NCBI RefSeq assembly: GCF_036321535.1
Contig: NC_087437.1
Span: 3,596,001 to 3,660,000, forward strand
Length of the DNA stretch: 64,000 bases
Reading direction: 5' to 3'
Source: Camelus dromedarius
Lineage: Eukaryota
Shown: piece after piece, positions 1-11,400 of the stretch
Position numbering within the stretch: the stretch's first letter is position 1
Layout of the letters: each line of letters begins with the position of its first letter
The notes under the pieces: model-generated
Databases searched by the model: none
What the model was told of the DNA's origin: nothing
The model's input: only the letters and a program-made list of their open reading frames with translations
Program-made: the position numbers and the translations under genes

Positions 1-940
1 CATTATTTTATTTTTTTTTATGGCTGAGTAGTATCCCATTGTATAAATATACCACAGCTTCTTTATCCAGCCATCTGTCAATGGACTTTTAGGTTGTTTC
101 CATGTCTTGGCTATTGTATATAGTGCTGCTGTGAACATTGGGGTGCATGTATCTTTTCGAATTGGGGTTTTCTCTGGAAACATGCCCAGGAGTGGGATTG
201 CTGGATCATATTGTAAGTCTATTTTTAGTTTTTTAAGAATCTCCATACTGTTTTCCATAATGGCTGCACCAAACTACCTTCCCACCAGCAGTGTAGGAGG
301 GTTCCCTTTTCTCCACAGCCCCTTCAGCATTTATTATTTGTAGACTTTTTGATGGTGGCCATTCTGACTGGTGTGAGGTGACACCTCATTGCAGGCGTGA
401 TTTGTGTTTCTCTGATAAGTAGTGATGTTGAGCTTATTTTCTCGTGCCTGTGGTCCATCTGCATGTCTTCCTCACAGAAGTGTCTATTTAGGTCTTCTGC
501 CCATTTTTTGATTGGGTTGTTTGTTCTTTTTGATATCAAGCTGTGTGAACTGCTTGTATATTTTGGAAATTAATCCCTTGTTAGTTGCAGCATTTGCAAA
601 TATCTTCTCCCATTCCATAGGTTGTCTTTTTGTTTTATGTATGGTTTCCTTTGCTGTGCAAAAGCTTTTAAGTTTAATTAGGTCCCATTTGTTTATTTTT
701 GTTTTTATTTCTATTACAGTAGGAGATGGATCCAAAAAATACAGGGGCAATGCATGTCAAAGAGTGTTTTGCCTATGTTTTCTTCTATGAGTTTTATAGT
801 GTCTTGTCTTACATTTAGGTGTTTAATCCACTTGAGTTTATTTTTGTATATAGTGTTAGGGAATGTTCTGGTTTCAGTCTTTTACAGGGAGCTGTCCACT
901 TTCCCCAGCAACACTTATTGAAGAGACTATCTTTTCTTCC
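1..940 (-). mobile_element. 5'-truncated LINE-1 (ORF2 C-terminal part), running off window start
   Basis: Minus-strand ORFs KINKWDLIKLKSFCTAKET...WEKIFAN and [15 protein letters not shown]...HLTPVRMA are typical L1 ORF2p, split by a frameshift. Confidence 0.93.
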
Positions 941-2598
941 CAAAATGATTATTTGGAAAAGTCATAGAAGAAAAGTAAAAAAGTTAAGTAAGTTATCAGA
1001 CACTAAAATGTAAGCTCAATCTGGAAACTACATTTTTATTTGCCATGTGGTAACTCCAAGAATACAGTTATTTAGGTTTTATGAAACAAAATGTGACCAG
1101 GCCTGTAATTCTCAATTTCCAACCTCTGGGGGCAAAGTACCTTGGAAACAGGGGACCCTGAGCATTCCTGAAAAAAAGTCCTGGTTTCTATCAGCTGATT
1201 AAATAGGGTACTTTACATACATTAACAAAGGCAGACTTCTTAACACCTTCCAGACTCCCTGTGAGGGTCTGTGGACCTGCAGCTCTCAGTCCTGAGGGGA
1301 AGAAGATCTGCCCCCACAAGTCAGCATTTCAGGGCCAAGAAAGTGCTGGGGAGCTGAAGGAGGGCGCTCTGTGTTTGGAGGGGGCTTGGTGGCATCTAGA
1401 CCCTTCCCGGAAGTGGCCGGGGTTTGACAGACACAGCTGCTGACCCCTCACCCCTGGATCCAGCCATTCCTCCCCTCACCAGGTTCTGTCTGAGAGCAGG
1501 AACCATCCCCCTCCCATGTCTCTGGGCTGGCTTCACTGAGGAGGGTGGGTGGAGATGGGGGGGGGGTGCCTCATCAGCGTCCCCACACCATCTGCTAAAG
1601 GGTCCAATGGAGGAAGACTCATAAGGTCAGAAAGGGCTGGCCCTGGCTGGTCCAGCTTTGTGTTTTCAGAACTCAAAAGGGCTCGCAACCCCTCAGTAAC
1701 TGAGGGGAGGCATAAGACAATGTTTGAGGCTCTGGCCTGTCTGAGAGTGAGCTCTGCTGGGGCTTGCACAGCCCAGGGCGTGGGGCCCTCTGATTACTGG
1801 GCTGCAGCAAAACCAGCCTCCCCTGACCTCAGGGATCACCCCCACAGCCATGGGGGGCTCGGCTCCTCCTGCTAAAGGAAAGAATCTCCCTCAGATGGAG
1901 GGATCTCCAACGAACAAATAACCAGAATTTGAGAGAGTTAAGTCCTCCACAGAAATGACTCCTTCCCAAGCTGCTGTTACCTACCTAGCGAGGAGGCTGG
2001 TGTCCATGCCTACTATCCAAATACGACCCTGAAGAAAGACCACCTCAAGTTTCAACACCCACACCAAGGCCTATGAAGATGTTTTTAACCCTTAGGGGGA
2101 TGGTGTTTGCTGTTCAGGAGCTTGGGGTGCAGAGGACACGCATTTGGGGACATTTCATGTGAGTCTGCAACCCCGTGTATTATCGGCCATCTGTGATAAT
2201 CCTTCAAAGTTTGAAAGGGGTTATTAACACAATGCACAATCACATGGTTGAGAGACAGAAAGTAAAAGGGGAAGAATGAAAAATAAGTCAGAAAAAGAAC
2301 AATGGACTAGCTAGGTAAAGAAAACGACAGCATGGCTGAGACTCAGAACCACACAGACCCACGTCTGCCCGGCAGGGTCCTGGTCTGAGCTCTGGTCGTC
2401 CTTCCCCGCCAGCGCCCGGCACAGCTGCTCTGAGTCCGCGTGCTCACTGCCCGCCCACGTCACCAAACGCCCCCAGGACTTCCTCCCGGGACCTGCGCAG
2501 TCGGTCTGGGTGCTTTCCCCCACCTTGTCTCTCTTCCTACCCAAGCATCTGAGGCAAGGAGAGGTCTTAGGTGAGATTTAAGACTGAAGGGCACTTAC

Positions 2599-2692
2599 AT
2601 GGAGCACGTCAGCAGTTAGCTGCTGAAAGTTCCCACGTCTCAGCTCCTGCATTCGTTTGTTGTTTTCTTCATACTTTTCTTCCGCAAGCTTT
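2599..2692 (-). CDS. NEK11: NEK11 exon I (94 nt): coiled-coil region
   Basis: Acceptor TTATGCAG|A, donor CAT|GTAAGT. Encodes KLAEEKYEENNKRMQELRRGNFQQLTADVLH. Confidence 0.92.
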
Positions 2693-3734
2693 CTGCATAA
2701 TGTGAACGTAGAAAAGGAGCTGTAAAGGGTACTTTACATACATTAACAAAACCACATCTATGTTACACAGCTGAGCGTGATCCCTGTTTCAATAGGCAAA
2801 CTGGGCTGTCGGTCGGGATGCCAGGCCCGCGGGTCTCTCCCTCATCGGGGTGAGTGCGGTGCAGCCCCACTGGGTGAGTGCACACAGGATGCCTGGCCCC
2901 TCGGTCACCTCAGAGTCCCCCAAACGCAGCAGAGGGCGGTCCCCACCCCGTGCGCTCCCAGCCTGTGCCGGCAGGGGCGTGTGTCCCTGACGCCCACTAC
3001 GTGCACCGGGTAACAAGCCCACAGACAGGGGCAACAGAGATGGCATTCCATGGAATTAATGGAAAAGAGTATGAGAGTCGCTGTGAAGGGGAATTTTTTC
3101 CAGACGTTTTCTGTTTCCTCTACAACAGGAGAGTTGAGTTTAATAGACCTATTAAGAAACATTTGAGTTCCTGTGATTCCTTGTGTGCTAATTTATACTT
3201 TGATTTTTGGCAAATTCACTGAACATCCCTGTAGTCAGATTTCCTTGTCTATAAAGCAGGTATGTGATAACCCTCATGACAACAGAGTCGTTTTCTAGCT
3301 AAAACATGTGAGCTCTCTCGAGTCCTAGAAACAATCATCAAAACAGCTGTAATACAATTCATTCATAATATCAAGAACAAACTGTTTTAAAAATTTCCCT
3401 TAAATAACAAAAATATTAAATGTCATGAGGAAGATCTATGACTTTTGTGTATTAAAAGTTTTAATCTGAAAAATAATTTGTACTGTGCATGTAAGTTATT
3501 ACATTGCCTTTTAAATCTGTTCCTGTTGGAGATTTAACTTTCCTTCTACCCTCAACCAGTGACATGAATCCTAGGAACCATTCCCAGGGTATGTGAAATA
3601 GATTTGGGACTGGGAGTTGATGCAATGATTCAAACAACTTTCATGAATGTATTTTCTCAGCAGAATCTACACTCGGTGATTCACTGGTTTATATACATTG
3701 TCCAACTGAACATTCAGTGACACCACACTGGTAC

Positions 3735-3850
3735 CATGAAACTCCATCGTGGGAGTATTTACACCACGGAATCAGCAAACAGAGCAGCAGCCACTCCCCG
3801 GGCCCTGCACCCCCGGCGTGGCTGTGACACAGCCACCAGCACCCTGCTGC
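3735..3850. mobile_element. hAT DNA transposon relic (MER63-like)
   Basis: GTGGGAGTATTTACACCACGGAA core and ...CCAGCACCCTGCTG end resemble MER63 as recalled. Confidence 0.55.
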
Positions 3851-4699
3851 CCATGAAGCACTTTGACGGAACTCTTCATGTTTATTAAAGAAAACACGTA
3901 TTAAGGGAAAACCATCTTTGGGGTCTTAGTCAGTTCCTCGTGATATTCACTGTAAGTAAGTACAAGGACACCTTGAATCACTTTTCAGACACATTAACAA
4001 GGTCACACGATGGACTAATTTGAGTTTCAGGCCTTTTTTGGTCTCTCTAGTTCTCGGCTGAGGCTTCTAAGCCACCAGAAAGATGGCAGAGGAAGAAAGA
4101 AAAAGAAAAATTAGGAAACTGGGTCACTTAGCAACTGAAAAACCAGTGTCTCAGAAACTGGGAGTGCAGAGCTCTCTGGAAGCAAGTCCCTTTTCCCATG
4201 TGGACTCGAATCACCATGGTGTCCCACGCCTGCAGCTCTGCCCTGAGCACAGGCTTGGCAAAGGCACCCGCGGCACAACAGTGCTGCTTCCAACCTTCCT
4301 AAAGCCATCACGAGAGCCCTGCGGGAACACTCTCCTCCCTCCAGGGGCGAGGAGGCTCCGGGCAGAGGGGTTCAGCAGCCCCCTTTCACCCGCTCCCCAG
4401 GGCATGCATGCAAGGCGTCAGCAGCAAGGGGCTCCGTCTGGAGGCTGGCTCTACATTTTCGTCCCTGATAGCCTCCCTGATGTTCAGTCCTCCCTTCCAC
4501 ACAAGAATGAAGGCTCATAATAACAGTGCCTGGCACCTCAGAACCATCTATGGCTCAATTACCATCTTCTGAGGGAAGGAGGGAAGGGATAAACTGATAA
4601 ATATCTAATGAGAGTGTGCAGTTTGATTTCTTGCTGTGGTTTCCGCTCTTCCAACAATCGCCCCCAGAGCCCTGGGGGCCCCTTGGGAAGGCCGCTTAC

Positions 4700-4819
4700 T
4701 TCAGCTTCCCGGCCTCCTCGTCAGCCGCCTGGACCTTCCTCAGCCGCATCCGCTCCCTCGGGCTCATCTTCTGCACTTCCGACAGTGCCCGCAGAGTCTG
4801 CAGGTGGAGCTTTCTCTGC
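4700..4819 (-). CDS. NEK11: NEK11 exon H (120 nt): coiled-coil region
   Basis: Acceptor TACCTGCAG|G, donor GAA|GTAAGC. Encodes QRKLHLQTLRALSEVQKMSPRERMRLRKVQAADEEAGKL(K). Confidence 0.93.
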
Positions 4820-5164
4820 CTGCAGGTAACAGAGAGCCCCCATGCAGCCCACCGGATCACACTCAGAAAAACGGAACAAGCCTTTTACAGCAGGTACCAT
4901 TATACCACCGAGGAGGGAAAAAGTGTCTCGAGGCACACCGGGCAAAAACTAATAAACACTGGGTAGGTAATGAGCCAAGCAGGACTGTGGTTAATTGGCA
5001 ATATTTTTCAAATTACATTTTCGTTTAAAAGCAAGTTACGTACTTTCCACACTTCTGCTCATGTCATTGCCTGTGACTAGTTTTCATAATAGAAGACCAA
5101 TGAGGACCAATGGGCCGTGAGGGAGGAACAGACCAGCAGACTAACTCAGCCACGCGGATAGGAC

Positions 5165-5625
5165 ACAGCTTTGGAATCAGGCAGGCAGGGTTTGAATCCC
5201 ATCCCTACCGCTCACTAGCTCTGTGGCGCTGGGCATGTTACTGATCTCCCTGAACCTCAGTTTTCTCGTCCATAAAGAATGGGCTGTCGTGAGTATCACG
5301 TGAGACAATGTATGTAGAGGGTGTGACACATAAAAGTACCCCCAAACGGCGGTATTATTCTAGCTGGGTGCTCTTGAATGTCTTACACTCCAGGCTTCAC
5401 ACCGTAGGTACTTTCATGGCGGCATGGCTGGTGATCGAGTGCATGGTCTGCAGTGCGCTACGTGCCATATGCCCTTGGGCAAATTACAGAACGTCTCTGA
5501 TCATTTAGATGATAATGATAATGGTACTTACTTCACACGGTGGTTGTGAGTAAAATGAGTTAATTCATTCGAAGTGCTTATAACAGAGCCAAGTGTACAG
5601 TTGTCATCCCCAAAGTGTTAGCCAG
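5165..5625 (+). mobile_element. Two adjacent MIR fragments
   Basis: GGGTTTGAATCCC...CTCCCTGAACCTCAGTTTTCTC MIR core, then a second degraded core (CCTTGGGCAAATTAC...AAATGAGTTAAT). Confidence 0.7.
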
Positions 5626-7147
5626 TGTTATGAAAGAACCTCTTTCTACAGTTAAGGACACGTGCCCCCATGAATCATGTACGGAAAGGTGTGCGACCAC
5701 TTCTCAATGGTACTGTTTCTGCGCCTGGCCTGGTTAGGACCAACAGCAGAATACCTTTTGCATTCAACTCCATCCTTAAGAAACACTATGAGGAAATTAT
5801 AATGACCGCTCATTATAGGCAGTTCTCATCCCTCTGGAACACAGTTCAGATAAGAGAGTCCAGGGGACACGCAGTTTTCAGGAATACACATGCCTTATTT
5901 TGTAAGACCAAACAGAGCTCCTTAACACATAGTCATAGATCTAGAAAATAATAGTGACAATGTGAAATCAGTACTTCATAATGTGGAAGACCACCCAAAC
6001 AAGTGGCTGCCAGCACACTTTAACTGTGAGCACTGTCAGGAAGACTGTGTCACCACCGCAGGGCAAAATGAGAGCTAAAATTAGTCCAATAGTTTTAAAA
6101 TGAGATTTCTTCCACTCTCACGTATCTTGTTAATAAAATAGAATGAGAAGTTCCAGCATTCCTGAAAAAATAGATAGAAATCCAAGAAAACGAGGGTATG
6201 GGAGGATGTCTGAGGACTTGCCTCCTGAAGTTAGGGCATGTTCGCTGGAGCTCATGCAGTAAATGAACACTGACAGCTTTGATGGTCCAGTTTTCTCAGT
6301 TTGAATGTGAAGACGGAAAACCAACACAGTGCCGTTGAGAAACCACTGGACTGAGGATTAGAAAAGCATATTTGTGTTATTTGGCCTTGAAGATCAGCCA
6401 GTGAGGGCTCCTGTTCTCACCCGCTGCCTTGTACAGCTCTGGGAGGGACTGTCCTCATCGGGTCCTTACAAAATTAGGTAGAGAGTTCTTTCAGCAAAAT
6501 TATAGGTTTGGTCTTATCTTATCAGGGGTGCCCCTGTGGAATTCTGCAGTACACAGCTTGAACAGCTGCCCAGGGCTGTTCTGAAGTAACCTAGAATTTG
6601 GGGCTCTTTTAAGTTATGACAGAAATTTTGAGTGAGGTAGGAGAGAGAAGTTAGATGAGGAAATAATTATGGTTCTTTGTGAAGCACACATTCTCTGGTT
6701 CTCATGTCTATCTCCAGAAAGTGGATTTTGGCTTATTTTCAATTGTCCTAGAAGTTCAATGTTATATTTTCAATAGCTACTCTGCCAGTTCCTGTTAAGC
6801 AAACAATGTGCGGAAGCTATTTATGCTTAATCTCAATGTTCATTAGCATAAATATCACTAAATGTTTGAGATATGAATTTCCTTCTATACTTAGAAGACA
6901 ACTGCAGAGCTACCCTGCAGATCTGTAAGCTGTGCAGAGGTTTAAACTTTTATGATTTCAATTTGCTACCACCTAGGGTGAAGGGCTTTGGAACGCCAAG
7001 TTACTGAAGCTCCTTAATTTCTTGGCAAGACTTAAGTGAATCCTAGGAGACTCCATGCAGTCAGCTTAATGCTAATAGACTTTTTAAGACAAACGCATTT
7101 AACACTTACACTCAATGGGTTTTTAAAAAAACAGAGCAATTACTTAC

Positions 7148-7233
7148 ACGGCATTAATTATATAAGCAGCCTCCTTCTGACAATTCAAATTCTTGTCTTC
7201 CAGCGTGATTTCCGAATAGCGACACATCAGATG
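7148..7233 (-). CDS. NEK11: NEK11 exon G (86 nt)
   Basis: Acceptor TTTTTTTCAG|C, donor CGT|GTAAGT. Encodes HLMCRYSEITLEDKNLNCQKEAAYIINA(V). Confidence 0.93.
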
Positions 7234-7550
7234 CTGAAAAAAAGAAAACCCCCGATGCACCTTAAAGACTCCTCTTCAAGGATGAGAAGGCATAAAACCC
7301 CAGGGTGCCCTTCTGATCTGTAGAACGACTACCCATATCTGGGGGCTTGGAAACAAACCCACTGGTAGCCATTTGTCCTTCTATAAAGGGTTAAAAAAAT
7401 AACACAGTAACTTATGCAAACAGAATCTGTGGGGTCAGGCTCCTGCCCACCTGGCCACCTTCATCTTGACAGCCTGCTCTCTTGTTCCAGCCACAGGCAG
7501 GCCTGCCCTCGGCTCCCCATCCAGGCCTGCAGTGGACAAGCCTCCACGCC

Positions 7551-8552
7551 CAGGGCCGGGACCAGGCTGAGACAAGGGAGGCACTCACCTCAGGTGCAAA
7601 ATTTAAGGGGCACAAGAAACTCAGTAACCTGGATAAATAATATTTTAATGCAATATTAAAACAGATCAATACTAATGATAAAAGCTGTGGAGAATACGAC
7701 ATCAAAAGTTTAAATATTGCCAGGATCCAGTCCTGAACTTGCTTTGTTCCCATCTGAGCTTGGGTCTGCTCGCCCCCGCGCAGCAAAGCCAGTCTACTGA
7801 CCGCAGGCCGTAGTGAAGGAAAGCCCAGCGTGTTCCTCAGATGCCAAGCAAGGAGAATGGGCGCCTAATGTTCAAAAGACTCCAACTCCCCATGGCTCTC
7901 CAGGGAGGGTTTTTAAAGGTAACATTTGGGGTGAAGTTTGTAGTTCGTGCACTTTCTTCTGATTGGTTGGTGGTGAGGTAACAGGGTGATGTTTTGGGAA
8001 TCTTAAACCTCAACCTGCTGCTTCACCAGTCTGGGGTCCATGTGCTTGTGGTCAGGACGTAGTCCCCAGTATCCACTTGGTGAGGTCTTAGTTTCTGCAG
8101 AACAGCTCTAAGATCTGTGTCAGATCGTTCTGAGTCTCCATGGAGGAAGAACTGGGACTCCATTTTATCCCTGAACTGTTGTTAAAGCTATCATTATTTT
8201 TCTTGCTTGAATGCTTTTGTTCCTGCTTTCCCTCCCTTCCCTAGTTAATAACTGCTTAAGTCCGCTCTTTGAAGACTGAAGCCCTTTTCCCTAGAAACGG
8301 GAAGTGGGGGACACACGAGGCTTTCATGCCCGGAAGGCCCCACAGGGTCCTGCCCAGTTTCAGCTTCACCTTAATCCTAGCCCTCTTGGATCCTGTCCTT
8401 GAGCTTATGATATTTTGTTACCTTGAATTTTTACATTACTTTGGATTTTTAAACACCACATTACAATATTACTCATCTTGATTACTGAGTTTTTGGTGTC
8501 CTCTTTAATTTTGTCCCAGGACAAATGCCTCACCTGCCTCACCCTAGTCCCA
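7551..8552. mobile_element. Palindromic non-autonomous hAT element (MER96B-like), split by an LTR
   Basis: Left arm ~7551-7730 and right arm ~8385-8552 are diverged reverse complements (GAGGCACTCACCTCAGGTGCAAAATTTAAGGGGCACAAGAAACTCAGTAA versus TTACTGAGTTTTTGGTGTCCTCTTTAATTTTGTCCCAGGACAAATGCCTC). Confidence 0.75.
7745..8362 (-). mobile_element. Solo ERV1-class LTR, 618 bp, sense to NEK11
   Basis: TG...CA termini and 4-bp target-site duplication GCTT (7741-7744 and 8363-8366). Minus-strand CCAAT (7962-7966) and TATA-like TTTAAAAA (7910-7917). Confidence 0.85.
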
Positions 8553-8959
8553 GGGGATCTATTGGATGCCTTTCGACTCTTTTTTTGTTTGTTTACTCAC
8601 AGACCCTCCAGTGTGGTTTTGATCTCAACCAACTTTTGCCTGTTTTCCGAAGGCCTGCCCTTGGGCAAGTGGAGCCCGCTTTGCACTGAGAACTTGCTGC
8701 ACCTCCCTTCTCCTGTGCTGTTCCTCCTCGTCCTCACCACCCACCCCAGCACATGCTGGCATTGGAGCGCCCCCCACCCAGGTCCCTCTGGGAACATCCC
8801 CCTCCCTAAGTCAGGGATGTGCCCTGTGACTCCAACCCCCTTCCTCAGGCTCCCTGCAGGGCTGGCTGCTTCCCACACCTTGATGGTGTCACAATGTCAC
8901 CAGCTCCTCCTCCGAGCACCCAAGCCCTTCCCTTCCCTTATTTTACAGCATCCTGTTTG

Positions 8960-9135
8960 CTTTCTTAGCACTTCCTAGCACTTCTAACATTTACAATTAT
9001 TTTCTTTATTTGCTGACTCCTTCTTAGTTATTGGGTCCTCTTACTAACAGTCAAGCTTCAAAAGAGCAGGAGACACATCTGTTCCTTCCAACCTGTCACC
9101 TCCAGTGTCAGTACAGTGCCTGGCGCTCAACTGAC
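8960..9135 (+). mobile_element. L2 3'-end fragment
   Basis: AAGCTTCAAAAGAGCAGG...CCAGTGTCAGTACAGTGCCTGGC resembles the L2 tail. Confidence 0.55.
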
Positions 9136-9830
9136 GAACACCCCTCAAGTCAGCATCCTTGTTTCCCGTGGATGGAGAACGGGACGCTGATGAAGAAGAC
9201 ATGTGCCCATTTGTGAAGGTGAATGGCTGCTCTGTGAGCCCACTTAAAACTATTCCTACAATTAAAGGGAATCTGCCTGGGGGATTTGTATTGTAAAAGC
9301 CTATGAAGTTTGAAAAAAAAAAAAGAAAAACCTCCCCAGAGGGTACCATTTGCTTTTTCCTTATCACCGGAGGCAGATTCTCTACATCGAAATTTCTAAC
9401 CTACAGGAAAACAAAATAAACTCACCGAGTCAATAAAAAGTATCCCTAAGATCTCTTCTGGGGGGGGGGGGTAAACCAAGGCCCCACGTGACCGAGCCTG
9501 CAGCATAGCAGCACCCTTGCACCAGCAGGCACGCGCTCACAGAATGTGGAGGGAAGACTTGTCAACCAGGCGCTCTAAGGGTGGACGTTGAGTTTAGGCA
9601 GAAAGTCACAATCCTAACTTCTTGCACCTGGGACCCCAGGGAACTGGAGGTTACACCCCTTCTTTTGCAAAAAGGTTGCCTACTGATAATTACTCCCAGA
9701 TTTTCAGGAAAATCTTATTGCTTCTTCCTGACTGATTCTTAAGGCACCTTATTCCCACAGCATATCTTCAAGTCCTAGAATGTACATAAATGCTAATGCG
9801 TGCTTCCTGGACTCCCGCTCATTTAAATAC

Positions 9831-9909
9831 CTGTAGTTGTGCATCGATGTAAGGAAGTTTTAAAATTTCTATAGCGGATGGTCTCAACGAAGGACTCTTA
9901 TTCAACATG
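9831..9909 (-). CDS. NEK11: NEK11 exon F (79 nt): end of kinase domain
   Basis: Acceptor CATTACAG|C, donor CAG|GTATTT. Encodes MLNKSPSLRPSAIEILKLPYIDAQLQ. Confidence 0.94.
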
Positions 9910-9999
9910 CTGTAATGTTTAAAAAGAAAATGATTGTCCAAATGCGCTAAAATACAAGTGCAACTGATCCCTCCTGCGGCAATGCGAGCCTCTCCATAC

Positions 10000-10149
10000 C
10001 TTTCCATGATGGCGTTCAGCTCTCTGGGGTACGTTGCGGGGAGGGACGGTGTGCTGCCTTCCACGATCTTTAAAACCACGGACAAGAAATTGGAGCCTGC
10101 GAATGCGTGGTTCAGGCAGCACATCTCATACAAAATGCACGCTAGAGAC
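10000..10149 (-). CDS. NEK11: NEK11 exon E (150 nt): kinase C-lobe
   Basis: Acceptor GTCTTCAG|G, donor AAG|GTATGG. Encodes SLACILYEMCCLNHAFAGSNFLSVVLKIVEGSTPSLPATYPRELNAIME(S). Confidence 0.95.
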
Positions 10150-11199
10150 CTGAAGACACAGGCAAAGAATTTAAATGAGGAATAAACGTCCTACTTTAAA
10201 CTTGATTGTCACGCAAATTCTCAGGTGTGTCAGGGCACTGGGTGTGAGCACAAACAAACCCCTCAGCTGTTTGTTTAAAAGCTTCAGTTCCACACTTTGT
10301 TTTCCATTATGCAGGCTTACTAAAAAAAAAAAAAAAAAAAAAAAAGGAAAAAGTGAAAGGAGAAAGCACAAAATGTGAGTCTGAATGAGTACTTTTCATC
10401 GAAGAGAGAGAGGAGTATGTCTACATGTAGCAGGGACTCAATAAACATGTGATCAGTGTGGTGAGGAACTGGCGCATTGACCTCTGTGAAGGGAAGATAA
10501 AGTGCAGGCGAATACTGTCTTCCTCAGGCAGTTCAGTCGATGTCGTGTACATGAAATACAATTTAAATGTTTTAGCCCAACTTTCCCTCTAGTGTGTGTC
10601 CAAGTGTTTTGCAAGGAAACCGGCATTCTTTATTAGTTTTCTAAACAGACCCCAGTTGCCAGCTGGCTGGAAGAGCACTGCCTGCAGCTCACATTAAAGT
10701 GTGTGATTCTCCCTCTGGGAGCATGAAGCAGGGTATTAAACCCCTAGATGAGTCCAACACTAATTTGGATTAACCATGCAAATCAGCAATCTCTAAATCA
10801 GCAGAAAAAAAATTTAAATAATCTACATCATTAAGAAAACTAAGGGGAAATTCCTGCCTGAACTTAGTGTTAAGAAAGAACTGTAGTTCTTCTTGATAAT
10901 GGATTATTTTTATCTTAATGGTATTTTGAATTCTGTAACTGTCCAGATCTCCCTCTTCTTATTAGTTGCTTGAAAGATTAGAAATAAATTTGCAGTTGAC
11001 CTTGTGTAAGCTGTATTTTATGTAAAACACTGTTCTGCTTTCTCATAAAAGGCAAGGCATATATAAATATATACATACATGAATACTATAATTTTAACCA
11101 TTTTGTGGGTGTTCAAGAAAATGTGCATTTGCAAGAAAATTCTGGATAGACATACTGAAAATGTTTCTGTTCCAGTAAACAATAATCATACTAAAATTT

Positions 11200-11400
11200 T
11201 CAAACTGATTGACACTTTACATATTACAAAGCAGTTCCATATATATCTCAACAGAGCCTCATAACTTCCTAGTGAAATAGAGCCAATATTGTATTTTCCC
11301 CATTTTATACATAAGGAAACCAGCTCAGAGAAATTAAATGACTTGGCCAAGGTCACACAAGTGACCTTGACTGACTCCTGAATTAAGTCTTTTTCCTTCC
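11200..11400 (-). mobile_element. MIR
   Basis: CCCCATTTTATACATAAGGAAAC...TGACTTGGCCAAGGTCACACA core. Confidence 0.7.

Noticed and set aside
2311..2550. Acceptor-like CTCCTTGCCTCAG and 77-aa ORF just after exon I as the next NEK11 exon
   Set aside because: The intron would be only 50 nt, the in-frame reading hits TAG after three codons, and there is no similarity to the expected next NEK11 exon.
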